DNA of 61,300 nucleotides. Origin: an uncultured virus (IMG/VR IMGVR_UViG_3300020183_000017). Taxonomy: Duplodnaviria > Heunggongvirae > Uroviricota > Caudoviricetes. Location: the IMG/VR virus record IMGVR_UViG_3300020183_000017, one strand, 5' to 3'. Both the position numbers and the translations under genes were made by a program. The notes under the pieces are model-generated. The model was not told where the DNA came from. It worked only from the letters and a program-made list of their open reading frames with translations, and searched no databases. Shown here in pieces: positions 30,029-39,233 of this stretch (position 1 is the stretch's first letter; each line of letters starts with the position of its first letter).

Positions 30029-31743
30029 TTGTATTTAAGAGTGTGCAGTGGCAGAACTTTCTGTCAACTGGTAATGCACCGAATAGAGTTTTACTAAACA
30101 AATCGACAACAACACTTATCATTGGCAAGAATGGTGAAGGTAAGAGCACAATCTTAGATGCTCTTTGCTTTGCTCTATTTGGTAAACCTTTCAGAAACAT
30201 CAACAAAGGACAGTTAGTAAATAGCATCAATCAAAAACAATGTTTGGTTACTATTGAATTCTCTATTGGTGGAAATAATTATGTAGTTAACAGAGGTATC
30301 AAACCTAATGTCTTTGAAATTTATCACAATGATAATCTTATCAATCAAGATGCCGCAATAAAAGACTATCAGAAAATTTTAGAACAGCAAATTCTAAAAC
30401 TAAACTATAAAACATTTACGCAGGTAGTTATCTTAGGATCTGCTTCTTTTGTTCCGTTTATGCAGTTACCAGGTGGTCAGCGTAGAGAAGTTATCGAGGA
30501 TATCTTAGACATCCGTATCTTTTCAACGATGAATCAATTATTAAAAGAAAAGATTCAATCAACTAAAGAGGAGTTAGCAAGTGTTGAATCGCAGCTACAG
30601 ATTTCAAAGTCAGCAGTGGATGCGCAACAAAAAATTATATCCAATCTTGTTACCTCCAAGAAAGAGCATCTTGAGTCTATCAGAACAAGAATCGCATCTA
30701 ATCAATCTGAGATCGATTCCACAACAACATTACTTGAGGGATTATCTAATAGAGTTACGAATCTTAGAGCGAGTATAGTAGATAAACAAAGCGTCAGTGA
30801 AGAAGTATCATCGTTTAGAGAAACCCTTGTTAAAGTAAATCAAAAAGTCTCTGATCTTAACGATAGAGTTAGATTCTTTGAAACAAATGATGAGTGCCCT
30901 TCTTGCGCTCAGAATATTCCTCATACGCATAAGCAGAAAATTGCTGGCGCTTTGAATGAGGATCTTACAGATAATGTTTCTGAGAAAGAAATAATCAAGT
31001 CAAAATTAGAAAAACTTGGTAATAGACTTAAAGAAATTGATGATATTGTGAATCAAATTACTGATCTTAATATTGAGATCTCTACGATGAACACAACCAT
31101 CACTACATTAAATTCACAGAACTTAAAACTATCACAGGAGATAGAAAAATCTAATTCTAATACAGAAAGCATTGATACAGAAAAACAGAAGTTAAAAGAA
31201 CTGGCTAAAGAAGCGATGCAATCTTTAGATAGAAAAACTGTATTGAGTGAGGAGAGAACAGTACAAGAAATATCATCGACTTTATTGAAAGACACTGGTA
31301 TTAAGACAGCTGTCATAAGAGAGTACTTGCCAGCGATGAATAAACTTATTAACATGTATCTTCAAGCGATGGATTTCTATGTTCACTTTGAACTAGATGA
31401 ATCGTTTAACGAAACTATTAAGTCAAGATTCCGTGATGAATTCACTTATGCTAGTTTCTCTGAAGGCGAGAAGATGCGTATCGATCTTGCTATTCTATTC
31501 ACTTGGCGCCAGATTGCTAAGATGAAGAACTCAGTAAATACAAATTTACTTATTCTTGATGAAATCTTCGACTCATCTCTTGACACATCAGGAACAGACT
31601 ATTTCTTGACAGTTATGAATCAGCTTGGAGAAAAGACAAATGTTTTTGTAATTTCTCATAAAGGCGACCAACTATTTGACAAGTTTCACAGCGTCATCAA
31701 GTTCGAAAAGAAGAACGACTTCTCAGTAATGGCAAACCCATAA
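30025..31743 (+). CDS. gp46: Recombination ATPase gp46 (Rad50-like)
   Basis: 'GKNGEGKST', zinc hook 'CPSCAQ', 'FSEGEKMRIDLA', 'LILDEIFDSSLD'. Confidence 0.97.
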   Translation: MIVFKSVQWQNFLSTGNAPNRVLLNKSTTTLIIGKNGEGKSTILDALCFALFGKPFRNINKGQLVNSINQKQCLVTIEFSIGGNNYVVNRGIKPNVFEIYHNDNLINQDAAIKDYQKILEQQILKLNYKTFTQVVILGSASFVPFMQLPGGQRREVIEDILDIRIFSTMNQLLKEKIQSTKEELASVESQLQISKSAVDAQQKIISNLVTSKKEHLESIRTRIASNQSEIDSTTTLLEGLSNRVTNLRASIVDKQSVSEEVSSFRETLVKVNQKVSDLNDRVRFFETNDECPSCAQNIPHTHKQKIAGALNEDLTDNVSEKEIIKSKLEKLGNRLKEIDDIVNQITDLNIEISTMNTTITTLNSQNLKLSQEIEKSNSNTESIDTEKQKLKELAKEAMQSLDRKTVLSEERTVQEISSTLLKDTGIKTAVIREYLPAMNKLINMYLQAMDFYVHFELDESFNETIKSRFRDEFTYASFSEGEKMRIDLAILFTWRQIAKMKNSVNTNLLILDEIFDSSLDTSGTDYFLTVMNQLGEKTNVFVISHKGDQLFDKFHSVIKFEKKNDFSVMANP

Positions 31744-31764
31744 TCTTGCAATTTTGCAAGATGC

Positions 31765-31793
31765 TTGCCTTTAATTCCTAAATAGGGCATAAT
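31765..31793 (+). promoter_or_regulatory. Sigma70-type early promoter
   Basis: TTGCCT-N17-CATAAT. Confidence 0.75.
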
Positions 31794-31821
31794 TATTCCT
31801 GTAATAACTTAGGAGATCTAC

Positions 31822-34047
31822 ATGATGAATAGCAAAGACGTGCTCGCTAGACTTCTTGCAGCCGAAAACCTTAACGTGGTGCGTGCAAGAGCTAAAACTG
31901 CTGCTTTTGATATTGCTTCTCGAACCCTTGTCCTCCCACTTTGGAAAGAAATGACTGAAGATGTAGAGGACATGCTCATTGCACACGAAGTTGGGCATGC
32001 TTTGTTCACGTCAGATGAGTATCTAAAAACAGAAAACTATCGTGCGATGCACGGCTACCTAAACGTAGTTGAAGATGTTCGCATCGAACGAATGATGAAA
32101 AACAAATATCCTGGCTTGCGTAAAACTTTTATTGCTGGCTACAAGAACCTCAATGACCGTGACTTCTTCGAAGTTAAAGACAAAGATTTGAGCAGAGCAT
32201 TGCTTATTGACCGAATCAATATTTATTACAAGGTTGGTATTAACTCTGGCGTGAAGTTCTCACCTGCTGAGATGGAATTAGTTCGCCGAGTTGATAAGTG
32301 CGACACGATTCAAGACGTTCAACTTCTTGCTAAAGAAATCTATGAGTTTTCTTTTGAGCAGTTGAAAAAGCGTCAAGAAGAACTCAAAAATCAAAAACTT
32401 ACAGCTGAAGACTTAGAGGATATTGAAGAATCGATTGAAACTGACATCGAAATTGAGTTTGGCGATGAGGGTGATGATGACGAATTCTTTGACGGTGAGT
32501 ATGACCCTTACTCAGAAAGCGAAGAGTCAGAAGAGCCAAATGATAATGGTTTTTATGCTGCTGGTGATAACGAATATAAAACACCTGGTATCGTTGAAGA
32601 AAAAGACCTAGAGTCTACGACTGAACGTGCTTTGCGTGTTCGTTTGCAGGATCTAGCTGACATTAATACTATTGTTCAGCGTTGGGAACCTACTGTTGCA
32701 CTCTTAAGAGACTCTGAACAAATTGTTCCATACAAAGAAATCTTTAAAGTATTTGATGAAGATTTTGCAAAAGCAAATTTTCGTGGTTACTACGATTCTG
32801 AAGAAGAAAAGAAAAAGAAAAAAGATGAAGTTGTTGCTACGATGATAACTAATGCGCAGAATTTTAAAACTGAAAGTTCTCGTATTGTCAATTATCTTGT
32901 TAAAGAGTTTGAGATGCGCAAGTCAGCCACTGCTTATCGCCGTAGCAAAATATCTAAGGCTGGTACGCTGAATGTAAATAAACTTGCTATGTATCAATTA
33001 ACAGATGACATCTTTAAAAGAATCACTGTGACTAAAGATGATAAGAGCCATGGTATGGTTATGCTTATTGACTGGTCTGGATCTATGATGGACAACATTA
33101 TTAATACGTTAAAGCAGACTATCACCCTTGTTATGTTCTGTCAAAGAACACAGATTCCCTTCCGTGTTTACGGTTTTAGTAATGGTTATGATCGCTATCC
33201 TAGAGATAAAGATAACAATATAATCTATCCAGAAAATAGATATAAAATCGACCCTGCTCAAAAACAAGAACCAAACTTTAAAGGTTTTACTAATGCCGAT
33301 GTTTACTTGCTTGAATTGTTCAGCGATAAGATGACAAACAGTGAGTTTACTAAGATGATGCAGATTTGTCTTTCGAATTTCTGGTATTATAGTCCTCGCT
33401 TAACTCTTAACAGCACTCCACTTAATGAAGCATTGCTGTTTATGGTAAACTATCTTGGTGAGTTTAAGCGTAAGAACTCTGTTGAGAAACTTACATTTAT
33501 TACACTAACTGATGGTGAGGGTGGTTCTTTACACGGAAACTATGAGCAGTCTATTAGTGAATATGTTACTGTTTATGAACCAGAATATAAGCGTTGCAAA
33601 GTTTTGAACTATATGGTAGATCCTATTACTAAGAAGGAATACCGTATTACTCAAGAATCAAGCACACAAACTAATATATTCTTGAAGATAATCAAAGATC
33701 GTTACGATGCGACTACGATTGGTTTCTATATTGGTAGAAATTCTCGTCGCGATTTGACATGGTTTGTCCGTAACAATATAACATCTGCTCAAGGTGGAGT
33801 CAATGACTGTATTACTGTTGATTCTATGCAGAAAGAAATTCGTAAGAACGATTTTGCTCTTCTTACAAATTGTGGTCGCGATGAACTTTATGTTATCCCT
33901 TCTTCTAAACTTGCAATTAAGGATGAAGAACTAGAAGTTTCTGATGCTATGAATAGTAAGCAAATTGCAAAAGCATTCAACAAGTATCTGAATGTGCAGA
34001 AAACAAATCGTATTCTGTTGAATCGGTTCATTGGGCTTGTTGCATAA
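31822..34047 (+). CDS. Metallopeptidase-like + VWA (CobT-like) protein, partner of the adjacent AAA+ ATPase
   Basis: N-terminal 'AHEVGHAL' (HExxH), acidic linker, MIDAS 'DWSGSM', 'STPL', 'LTDGEG'. Confidence 0.85.
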   Translation: MMNSKDVLARLLAAENLNVVRARAKTAAFDIASRTLVLPLWKEMTEDVEDMLIAHEVGHALFTSDEYLKTENYRAMHGYLNVVEDVRIERMMKNKYPGLRKTFIAGYKNLNDRDFFEVKDKDLSRALLIDRINIYYKVGINSGVKFSPAEMELVRRVDKCDTIQDVQLLAKEIYEFSFEQLKKRQEELKNQKLTAEDLEDIEESIETDIEIEFGDEGDDDEFFDGEYDPYSESEESEEPNDNGFYAAGDNEYKTPGIVEEKDLESTTERALRVRLQDLADINTIVQRWEPTVALLRDSEQIVPYKEIFKVFDEDFAKANFRGYYDSEEEKKKKKDEVVATMITNAQNFKTESSRIVNYLVKEFEMRKSATAYRRSKISKAGTLNVNKLAMYQLTDDIFKRITVTKDDKSHGMVMLIDWSGSMMDNIINTLKQTITLVMFCQRTQIPFRVYGFSNGYDRYPRDKDNNIIYPENRYKIDPAQKQEPNFKGFTNADVYLLELFSDKMTNSEFTKMMQICLSNFWYYSPRLTLNSTPLNEALLFMVNYLGEFKRKNSVEKLTFITLTDGEGGSLHGNYEQSISEYVTVYEPEYKRCKVLNYMVDPITKKEYRITQESSTQTNIFLKIIKDRYDATTIGFYIGRNSRRDLTWFVRNNITSAQGGVNDCITVDSMQKEIRKNDFALLTNCGRDELYVIPSSKLAIKDEELEVSDAMNSKQIAKAFNKYLNVQKTNRILLNRFIGLVA

Positions 34048-34062
34048 TGCAAGAAAAAATAC

Positions 34063-34091
34063 TTGCCTTTAATTTTAACATGTAGTATAAT
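34063..34091 (+). promoter_or_regulatory. Sigma70-type early promoter
   Basis: A-tract + TTGCCT-N17-TATAAT. Confidence 0.82.
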
Positions 34092-34124
34092 TATACCTGT
34101 AGGAACTTTATTATGGAGAATGTA

Positions 34125-35255
34125 ATGGCTGATACGAACTTTGTTCAAACTTTTGAAGCGAAACTCTTTGAGATGTTTCCCGATGTTAAAACTGACGGTG
34201 TTGTGAAGAACCAACAATTTCTAGATGTCATGCGTGAACTAGGCACTACTAAATCACCACGCTGGCTTATGACTACTAAAGTTGGTCGTGGCTTGTATGC
34301 TATTCCTGGCGGAAATTTCTCCGCTCCAGTGGCTGGCAACACTGCTCTTAAACCTGAGAGTGTTGTTGTGGATTATACAGATGTTACAAGTCTTATTCCA
34401 AAAGTTGACCCAAACTATGTTCCTTTCGGAAACTATAAAGATCTAGATCAGATTATTGCTGCTGCGATCTTTTATCCAACTTACATTAGCGGTCCAACTG
34501 GTAACGGTAAGTCTACTAGTATTGAACAAATTTGCGCAAAGCGTAAGCGTCCGCTGATTCGTATTAACTTCAACAATATGACTGATGAAGACCAACTCAT
34601 CGGTACGAAAACCCTTATCGATGGTAATGTGGAAATTGTTGAAGGTCCAGTCGTTATTGCTATGCGACTTGGTATTCCTTTGCTTCTTGATGAAATTGAT
34701 GCAGGTAATTCTAACACATTGATGTGTCTGCAGCCAATTCTTGAAGGTAAGCCATTCTACTTCAAACTCAAGAATGAGTTGATCTATCCTGCTCAGGGTT
34801 TCAATATCTTTGCTACTGCTAATACAAAAGGTAAAGGTAGCGAAGATGGTCGTTACATTGGTACGAACGTACTCAATGAAGCATTCCTTGAGCGATTCGC
34901 TGTTACGTTCAACCAAGAGTATCCAGATGCTCGTGTTGAAATGAAGATCGTAAGCAATCTTATGAAGTCCTATGATTGTTTTGATGAGAACTTTGCTCAG
35001 AACATGGTCAAGTGGGCAGATGCTATTCGTCGTACTTTTGAAGCAGGTGGCGTTGATGAGACTATCACTACTCGTCGTCTGGTTCATATGGTTCGTGCAT
35101 ATGCGATCTTTAAGAATCAAAAGAAGGCAGTCGAACTTTGCACCAATAGGTTCGACGATGCAACTCGCCTTGCTTTTGTTGACCTCTTCGATAAGGTCGC
35201 TACTGGCGACTACGTTGAGGAAACCCCTACGACAACGGACTCGGAGAGTGCGTAA
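34125..35255 (+). CDS. MoxR/CobS-like AAA+ ATPase
   Basis: 'GPTGNGKS', 'LLLDEID', 'ATANTKGKGS.DGR..GTNVLNEAFLERF', 'ITTRRL'. Confidence 0.92.
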   Translation: MADTNFVQTFEAKLFEMFPDVKTDGVVKNQQFLDVMRELGTTKSPRWLMTTKVGRGLYAIPGGNFSAPVAGNTALKPESVVVDYTDVTSLIPKVDPNYVPFGNYKDLDQIIAAAIFYPTYISGPTGNGKSTSIEQICAKRKRPLIRINFNNMTDEDQLIGTKTLIDGNVEIVEGPVVIAMRLGIPLLLDEIDAGNSNTLMCLQPILEGKPFYFKLKNELIYPAQGFNIFATANTKGKGSEDGRYIGTNVLNEAFLERFAVTFNQEYPDARVEMKIVSNLMKSYDCFDENFAQNMVKWADAIRRTFEAGGVDETITTRRLVHMVRAYAIFKNQKKAVELCTNRFDDATRLAFVDLFDKVATGDYVEETPTTTDSESA

Positions 35256-35316
35256 GTTATTGATTTATAATGGTTTTTTATTCCCCTACTATCCGTAGGG
35301 GAATGCAATAAAAAAC

Positions 35317-35345
35317 TTGCCTTTAATTCACGTATGGGTTATAAT
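35317..35345 (+). promoter_or_regulatory. Sigma70-type early promoter
   Basis: A-tract + TTGCCT-N17-TATAAT. Confidence 0.82.
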
Positions 35346-35407
35346 ATAGGTTCTGGTTCTAAAGTTGAGTTGTTTCTATTTTATTTACACACACAGGAGA
35401 TGTTCAC

Positions 35408-35776
35408 ATGTTGAAATATGCTAATCTTTCTAAGGGTCAAAAGCGTTGCATCGATGCTCTCGTTGCGCTGAAACCCGAACTGGCTTCGGCTGAAACTATT
35501 ACCACCAAAGAACTACGTTCTATGATGTGGGAACTTTATCACAAGCGTAAAGACGGTGGCGTTAAAACTGGCTACCCGAATTGGCTTGTTCAGTTCAACG
35601 GAATTTCGCGTGGAGTTATTGCTTTCCCTGGACCGCAGTCCACTGGCACTTCAGTTGTCAAGCAAAATGCTGCTGCTAAACAGAAACTCGAAAAGATTAT
35701 CGAGCAAGCCGATAAGGTTGAGATCGATGAAGATGAGTTCGCAGCTGAACTCCGTGCAAATGGTATCCAAGTCTAA
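35408..35776 (+). CDS. Hypothetical early protein
   Basis: SD AGGAG; has its own sigma70-type promoter and terminator. Confidence 0.7.
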   Translation: MLKYANLSKGQKRCIDALVALKPELASAETITTKELRSMMWELYHKRKDGGVKTGYPNWLVQFNGISRGVIAFPGPQSTGTSVVKQNAAAKQKLEKIIEQADKVEIDEDEFAAELRANGIQV

Positions 35777-35791
35777 ACAACTTGGCTTGAC

Positions 35792-35832
35792 AGCCAAGAG
35801 TGGTAACGCCATCGCCACTCTTGGCTTTTTTT
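35792..35832 (+). terminator. Rho-independent terminator
   Basis: AGCCAAGAGTGG-(11 nt)-CCACTCTTGGCT followed by a T-run. Confidence 0.85.
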
Positions 35833-35867
35833 CGTAGGTGGCATTGACTTGAATAAGGATTAAATCT

Positions 35868-36113
35868 ATGAGTCGTCAATCTAAACTTTTGCAGGCTTTA
35901 AACTCTGGCAAAGAAGTAACAACTGCTCAAATTAAGAATCAGTTTGGTATCGCCCATCCTGCTTCTGCAATTCGCAATCTGCGTGAGCAAGGAAACTGTG
36001 TTTACAGCAATGTAACCACTGATAGCCGTGGTAACTTTGTAACTAAGTATCGCATTGGTAAGCCAAGCAGAGCGATGGTCGCAGCTGCGTATCGCCTTGG
36101 TCTGTTCGCCTAA
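35868..36113 (+). CDS. Small winged-HTH DNA-binding protein
   Basis: 'LLQALNSGKEVTTAQIKNQFGIAHPASAIRNLREQG' HTH-like pattern; SD AAGGA. Confidence 0.7.
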   Translation: MSRQSKLLQALNSGKEVTTAQIKNQFGIAHPASAIRNLREQGNCVYSNVTTDSRGNFVTKYRIGKPSRAMVAAAYRLGLFA

Positions 36114-36126
36114 GAAGTGACCTGCG

Positions 36127-36152
36127 TATGGGTGTTCTTCGGAGCACCCATA
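36127..36152 (+). other. cUUCGg tetraloop hairpin (mRNA stabiliser or weak terminator)
   Basis: TATGGGTGTTC-TTCG-GAGCACCCATA in an intergenic gap; cUUCGg hairpins are typical of T4 intercistronic regions. Confidence 0.75.
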
Positions 36153-36174
36153 TTCAGTTTCATTTGGAGGACTT

Positions 36175-36522
36175 ATGGCTGAAGATTTGATGTCAGATAT
36201 ATTAAAATCGCAAAACTCCACACCTGGTGGTCGCAAGTTTGATGGTGGTAAACTTCAATATGGATTAATACCACCACTTGCTCTCAAAGAAATGGTTAAG
36301 GTTCTCACATTCGGTGCTGAGAAATATGAACCAGATAACTGGAAGTTCGTTCCAGACTCAAAGCGTAGGTATTTTGATGCAATGCAGCGTCATCTCTGGG
36401 CATGGAAAGAAGGCGAACAGATTGACCCAGAGTCTGGCATTCATCACTTGGCGCATGCAATGTGTTGCCTTTACTTCTTATATGAACATGATGTCAAATA
36501 TTCTAAGGAGGATGTTAAATGA
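36175..36522 (+). CDS. dATP/dGTP diphosphohydrolase-like protein (DUF5664-type)
   Basis: 'GRKFDGGKLQYGLIP...VLTFGAEKYEPDNW...AMQRHLWAW..GE.IDPESGIHHLAHA' signature. Confidence 0.85.
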   Translation: MAEDLMSDILKSQNSTPGGRKFDGGKLQYGLIPPLALKEMVKVLTFGAEKYEPDNWKFVPDSKRRYFDAMQRHLWAWKEGEQIDPESGIHHLAHAMCCLYFLYEHDVKYSKEDVK

Positions 36523-37193
36523 CAGCTATGGTTTATCGCTCCGCTTCGGCGATTAATGAAGCAATGGGTAGGGTCTATCTAAATATGTTTCTAGCAATTA
36601 TTGTTTCGATGGTAACTGCTGGTCTTGTTTCTTCTAGTCCAGCAGTGGTAGCATTTTTCTTTACGGGAATTATGAAGTGGGTTACAATTTTTGCTCCACT
36701 CGCATTTATCTTGGTGTTATCTTTTGGTATTGAGAAACTTAACAAACAACAAGCAACCCTTGCTCTTTATGCCTTTGCTGGTGTCTGGGGTATTAGTATG
36801 GCTGCTGTGTTCGTAGTATTTACTGTTGGTAGCATCGTATCAGCGTTTATGGGTGCTGCTATCTTATTTGGTATTATGTCTTTCTATGGATATTTCACAA
36901 AGAAAGATTTGACATCTTTTGGTCAGTTCTTATTCGTAGGATTGATCGCAATTATTATTGCAAGTGTTATTAACATCTTTGTTGGTAGTTCAGTTGGCGC
37001 TATGGTTATTTCAGCGCTCGCTATTATTGTGTTCCTTGGTTTAACAGCCTATGATACTCAGAACATTAGGAATATGGTTTCTTCTTCTGATGGTACAGGC
37101 AAAGAAGAAGTTATTGGTGCTCTAAGTTTGTACATCAACTTTATCAATATCTTCCTTGCGCTTCTACAATTATTTGGAAATCGTAATGAATAA
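36519..37193 (+). CDS. Bax inhibitor-1/YccA family membrane protein
   Basis: About seven hydrophobic segments, 'YGYFTKKDLT', 'LTAYDTQ', 'GALSLYINFINIFL.LLQLFG'. Confidence 0.9.
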   Translation: MTAMVYRSASAINEAMGRVYLNMFLAIIVSMVTAGLVSSSPAVVAFFFTGIMKWVTIFAPLAFILVLSFGIEKLNKQQATLALYAFAGVWGISMAAVFVVFTVGSIVSAFMGAAILFGIMSFYGYFTKKDLTSFGQFLFVGLIAIIIASVINIFVGSSVGAMVISALAIIVFLGLTAYDTQNIRNMVSSSDGTGKEEVIGALSLYINFINIFLALLQLFGNRNE

Positions 37194-37194
37194 T

Positions 37195-37224
37195 TTGACT
37201 TTTGCCTCGATTTTGGGGTATAAT
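37195..37224 (+). promoter_or_regulatory. Sigma70-type promoter (gp45 operon)
   Basis: TTGACT-N18-TATAAT. Confidence 0.7.
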
Positions 37225-37263
37225 TTATATACATAGTTATGTGTTTAATTGATAGGAGAAAAC

Positions 37264-37926
37264 ATGAAGTTGTCTAAAGAAACAGTCGGAGTCCTAAAAA
37301 ACTTCGCAACCATTAATGCCAATCTTTTAATTAAAGATGGTTCTAAACTCTCAACCATCTCTGCTCAGAAGAATGTTATGGCTTCGGTCAGCGTTCCTGA
37401 AGTTTTTGATAGTGAGTTTGCCATCTATGATCTAAACGAATTCCTTGGAGCGTTATCTTTATTTGAAGATCCAGAACTGGATTTTTCGGAGAAGTCTGTT
37501 AAGATTAAGCAAGGTAACAACTCTATTCGTTACTATGCTGCTGATGTCGGAACTCTAACTGTTCCACCAGCAAAACAGATTAGCTTACCTTCTGATGACA
37601 TCTCATTTGAGTTAAATGCGTCTACTCTCGCTATGATTCAGCGTACTGCTTCTGTTCTGCATTCTAATGATGTAAGCGTAGTTGGTGATGGATCTATGAT
37701 TAAGATCGTAGTTGCCGACAAGAAAAATGCAGCTGCGAATGCCTATGAAGTAACCCTTGGTGATACTGATAAAACCTTTAAGATAAACTTAAAGGTTGAC
37801 AATCTTAAAATGATTCCTGGGAATTACTCTGTTGCTATTTCTAACAAGAAGATTAGTCGTTTCCAGGCAACTACTTCTGATCTAGTTTATTATGTTGCTG
37901 TTGAGGCTGATTCTACATTTGAATAA
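37264..37926 (+). CDS. gp45: Sliding clamp gp45
   Basis: 'MKLSKETVGVLKNFATIN', 'FAIYDLNEFL', 'YYVAVEADS'. Confidence 0.96.
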   Translation: MKLSKETVGVLKNFATINANLLIKDGSKLSTISAQKNVMASVSVPEVFDSEFAIYDLNEFLGALSLFEDPELDFSEKSVKIKQGNNSIRYYAADVGTLTVPPAKQISLPSDDISFELNASTLAMIQRTASVLHSNDVSVVGDGSMIKIVVADKKNAAANAYEVTLGDTDKTFKINLKVDNLKMIPGNYSVAISNKKISRFQATTSDLVYYVAVEADSTFE

Positions 37927-37983
37927 CTTCCTAAAAGAGATATAAATTGAATAGTATTCTTAATGAAGAAAGTGAAACATATT

Positions 37984-38922
37984 ATGGAACATTATTTGTG
38001 GGTAGAGAAGTATCGTCCTCAGAAAATTGATGATTGTATTTTATCTGATACGCTAAAGAAAACCTTTAGGGAGTTCATCGCTAGTGGAGAACTCCCTAAT
38101 TTTATTTTTAGTGGAACTGCTGGTGTTGGTAAAACTACTGTAGCAAAAGCACTATGTGAAGAAGTTGGCGCAGAATACTTGATGATTAACGGATCCGATG
38201 AGGGTCGTTCTATTGACACTCTTCGAACTGTTATCAAATCTTTTGCATCAACTGTTTCTTTGACTGATGCTAAGAAGGTTGTAATTATCGATGAGGCAGA
38301 CTATATGAATGCTGATTCAGTACAGCCAGCATTGCGCGCTTTCATTGAAGAGTTCGCAGGTAATTGTCGTTTTATCTTTACTTGTAATTTTAAGCATCGT
38401 CTTCTTGATGCTCTTCAGTCTCGCTGTATTAATGTCGATTTTAAAATTGATGGTAGCGAGAAACCTAAGATCGCAGCTGCTTTCTATAAGAGAATCGTTG
38501 ATATTCTTTCTTCCGAGCAAGTTGAGTTTGACACTAAGGTTGTAGCTGAACTTGTAACCAAACACTTCCCAGACTTCCGCAGAACTCTGAATGAACTTCA
38601 GCGTTACTCAGTTTCTGGTAAGATTGACTCTGGCATTCTTCTTAATATTAGTGATGAATCTTTCAAAGAGTTGGTTGAGTTGCTCAAAGCGAAGAAGTAT
38701 ACAGATATTCGTCGTTGGGTTGGTAAAAATGCAGATATGGGAACTGCTCATATTTTTCGCAATCTTTACGATAAAGCATCAGAAGTTATGGATGCATCAT
38801 CTATTCCTCAGCTTGTTGTTACTCTTGCAGATTATCAATATAAATCTGCTTTTGTGGCAGACCAGGAGATAAATATGATGGCTGCTTTAACTGAACTGAT
38901 GGTAAACTGTAAATTCAAATGA
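37984..38922 (+). CDS. gp44: Clamp loader large subunit gp44
   Basis: 'LWVEKYRP', 'GTAGVGKTT', 'IIDEADY', 'LQSRC', 'FPDFRR'. An alternative start lies at 37963. Confidence 0.96.
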   Translation: MEHYLWVEKYRPQKIDDCILSDTLKKTFREFIASGELPNFIFSGTAGVGKTTVAKALCEEVGAEYLMINGSDEGRSIDTLRTVIKSFASTVSLTDAKKVVIIDEADYMNADSVQPALRAFIEEFAGNCRFIFTCNFKHRLLDALQSRCINVDFKIDGSEKPKIAAAFYKRIVDILSSEQVEFDTKVVAELVTKHFPDFRRTLNELQRYSVSGKIDSGILLNISDESFKELVELLKAKKYTDIRRWVGKNADMGTAHIFRNLYDKASEVMDASSIPQLVVTLADYQYKSAFVADQEINMMAALTELMVNCKFK

Positions 38923-39233
38923 ATCTCTTAGACTTAATTATTCTCCTTCTCTATGGATTCCTCTGTTATCGTTTTGGTTGGCTTGCTCGCGAGGCTTCTG
39001 CTAAAAGCCAAGTAAACAAACTTATACGAAAAATCGAAACAGAAAACTCGCAAGAAGATATAGTGCGCATCTATTTTGAACAAGAACAAGGAACTTTATT
39101 TGCGTTTAACTATGAGACCAATGAGTTTATTGCTCAGGGTAAAGACAGAGAAAGTCTTTTATCTGCTATGGTTGAGCGCTTCCCTAGAACCAAGTTTATA
39201 GTCGAGCGAGAAAAGCTCGAAAATTTATCATGA
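38919..39233 (+). CDS. Hypothetical protein with N-terminal membrane anchor
   Basis: 'LLDLIILLLYGFLCYRFGW' hydrophobic N-terminus; coupled between gp44 and gp62. Confidence 0.65.
   Translation: MNLLDLIILLLYGFLCYRFGWLAREASAKSQVNKLIRKIETENSQEDIVRIYFEQEQGTLFAFNYETNEFIAQGKDRESLLSAMVERFPRTKFIVEREKLENLS

Noticed and set aside
34125..35255. Cobalamin biosynthesis (cobS/cobT)
   Set aside because: No cobN or other cob genes; the motifs fit the generic phage MoxR/VWA pair.
36175..36522. 2-aminoadenine (Z) genome system
   Set aside because: No purZ or HD-family dATPase is visible and the polymerase is an ordinary gp43; the diphosphohydrolase alone is insufficient.
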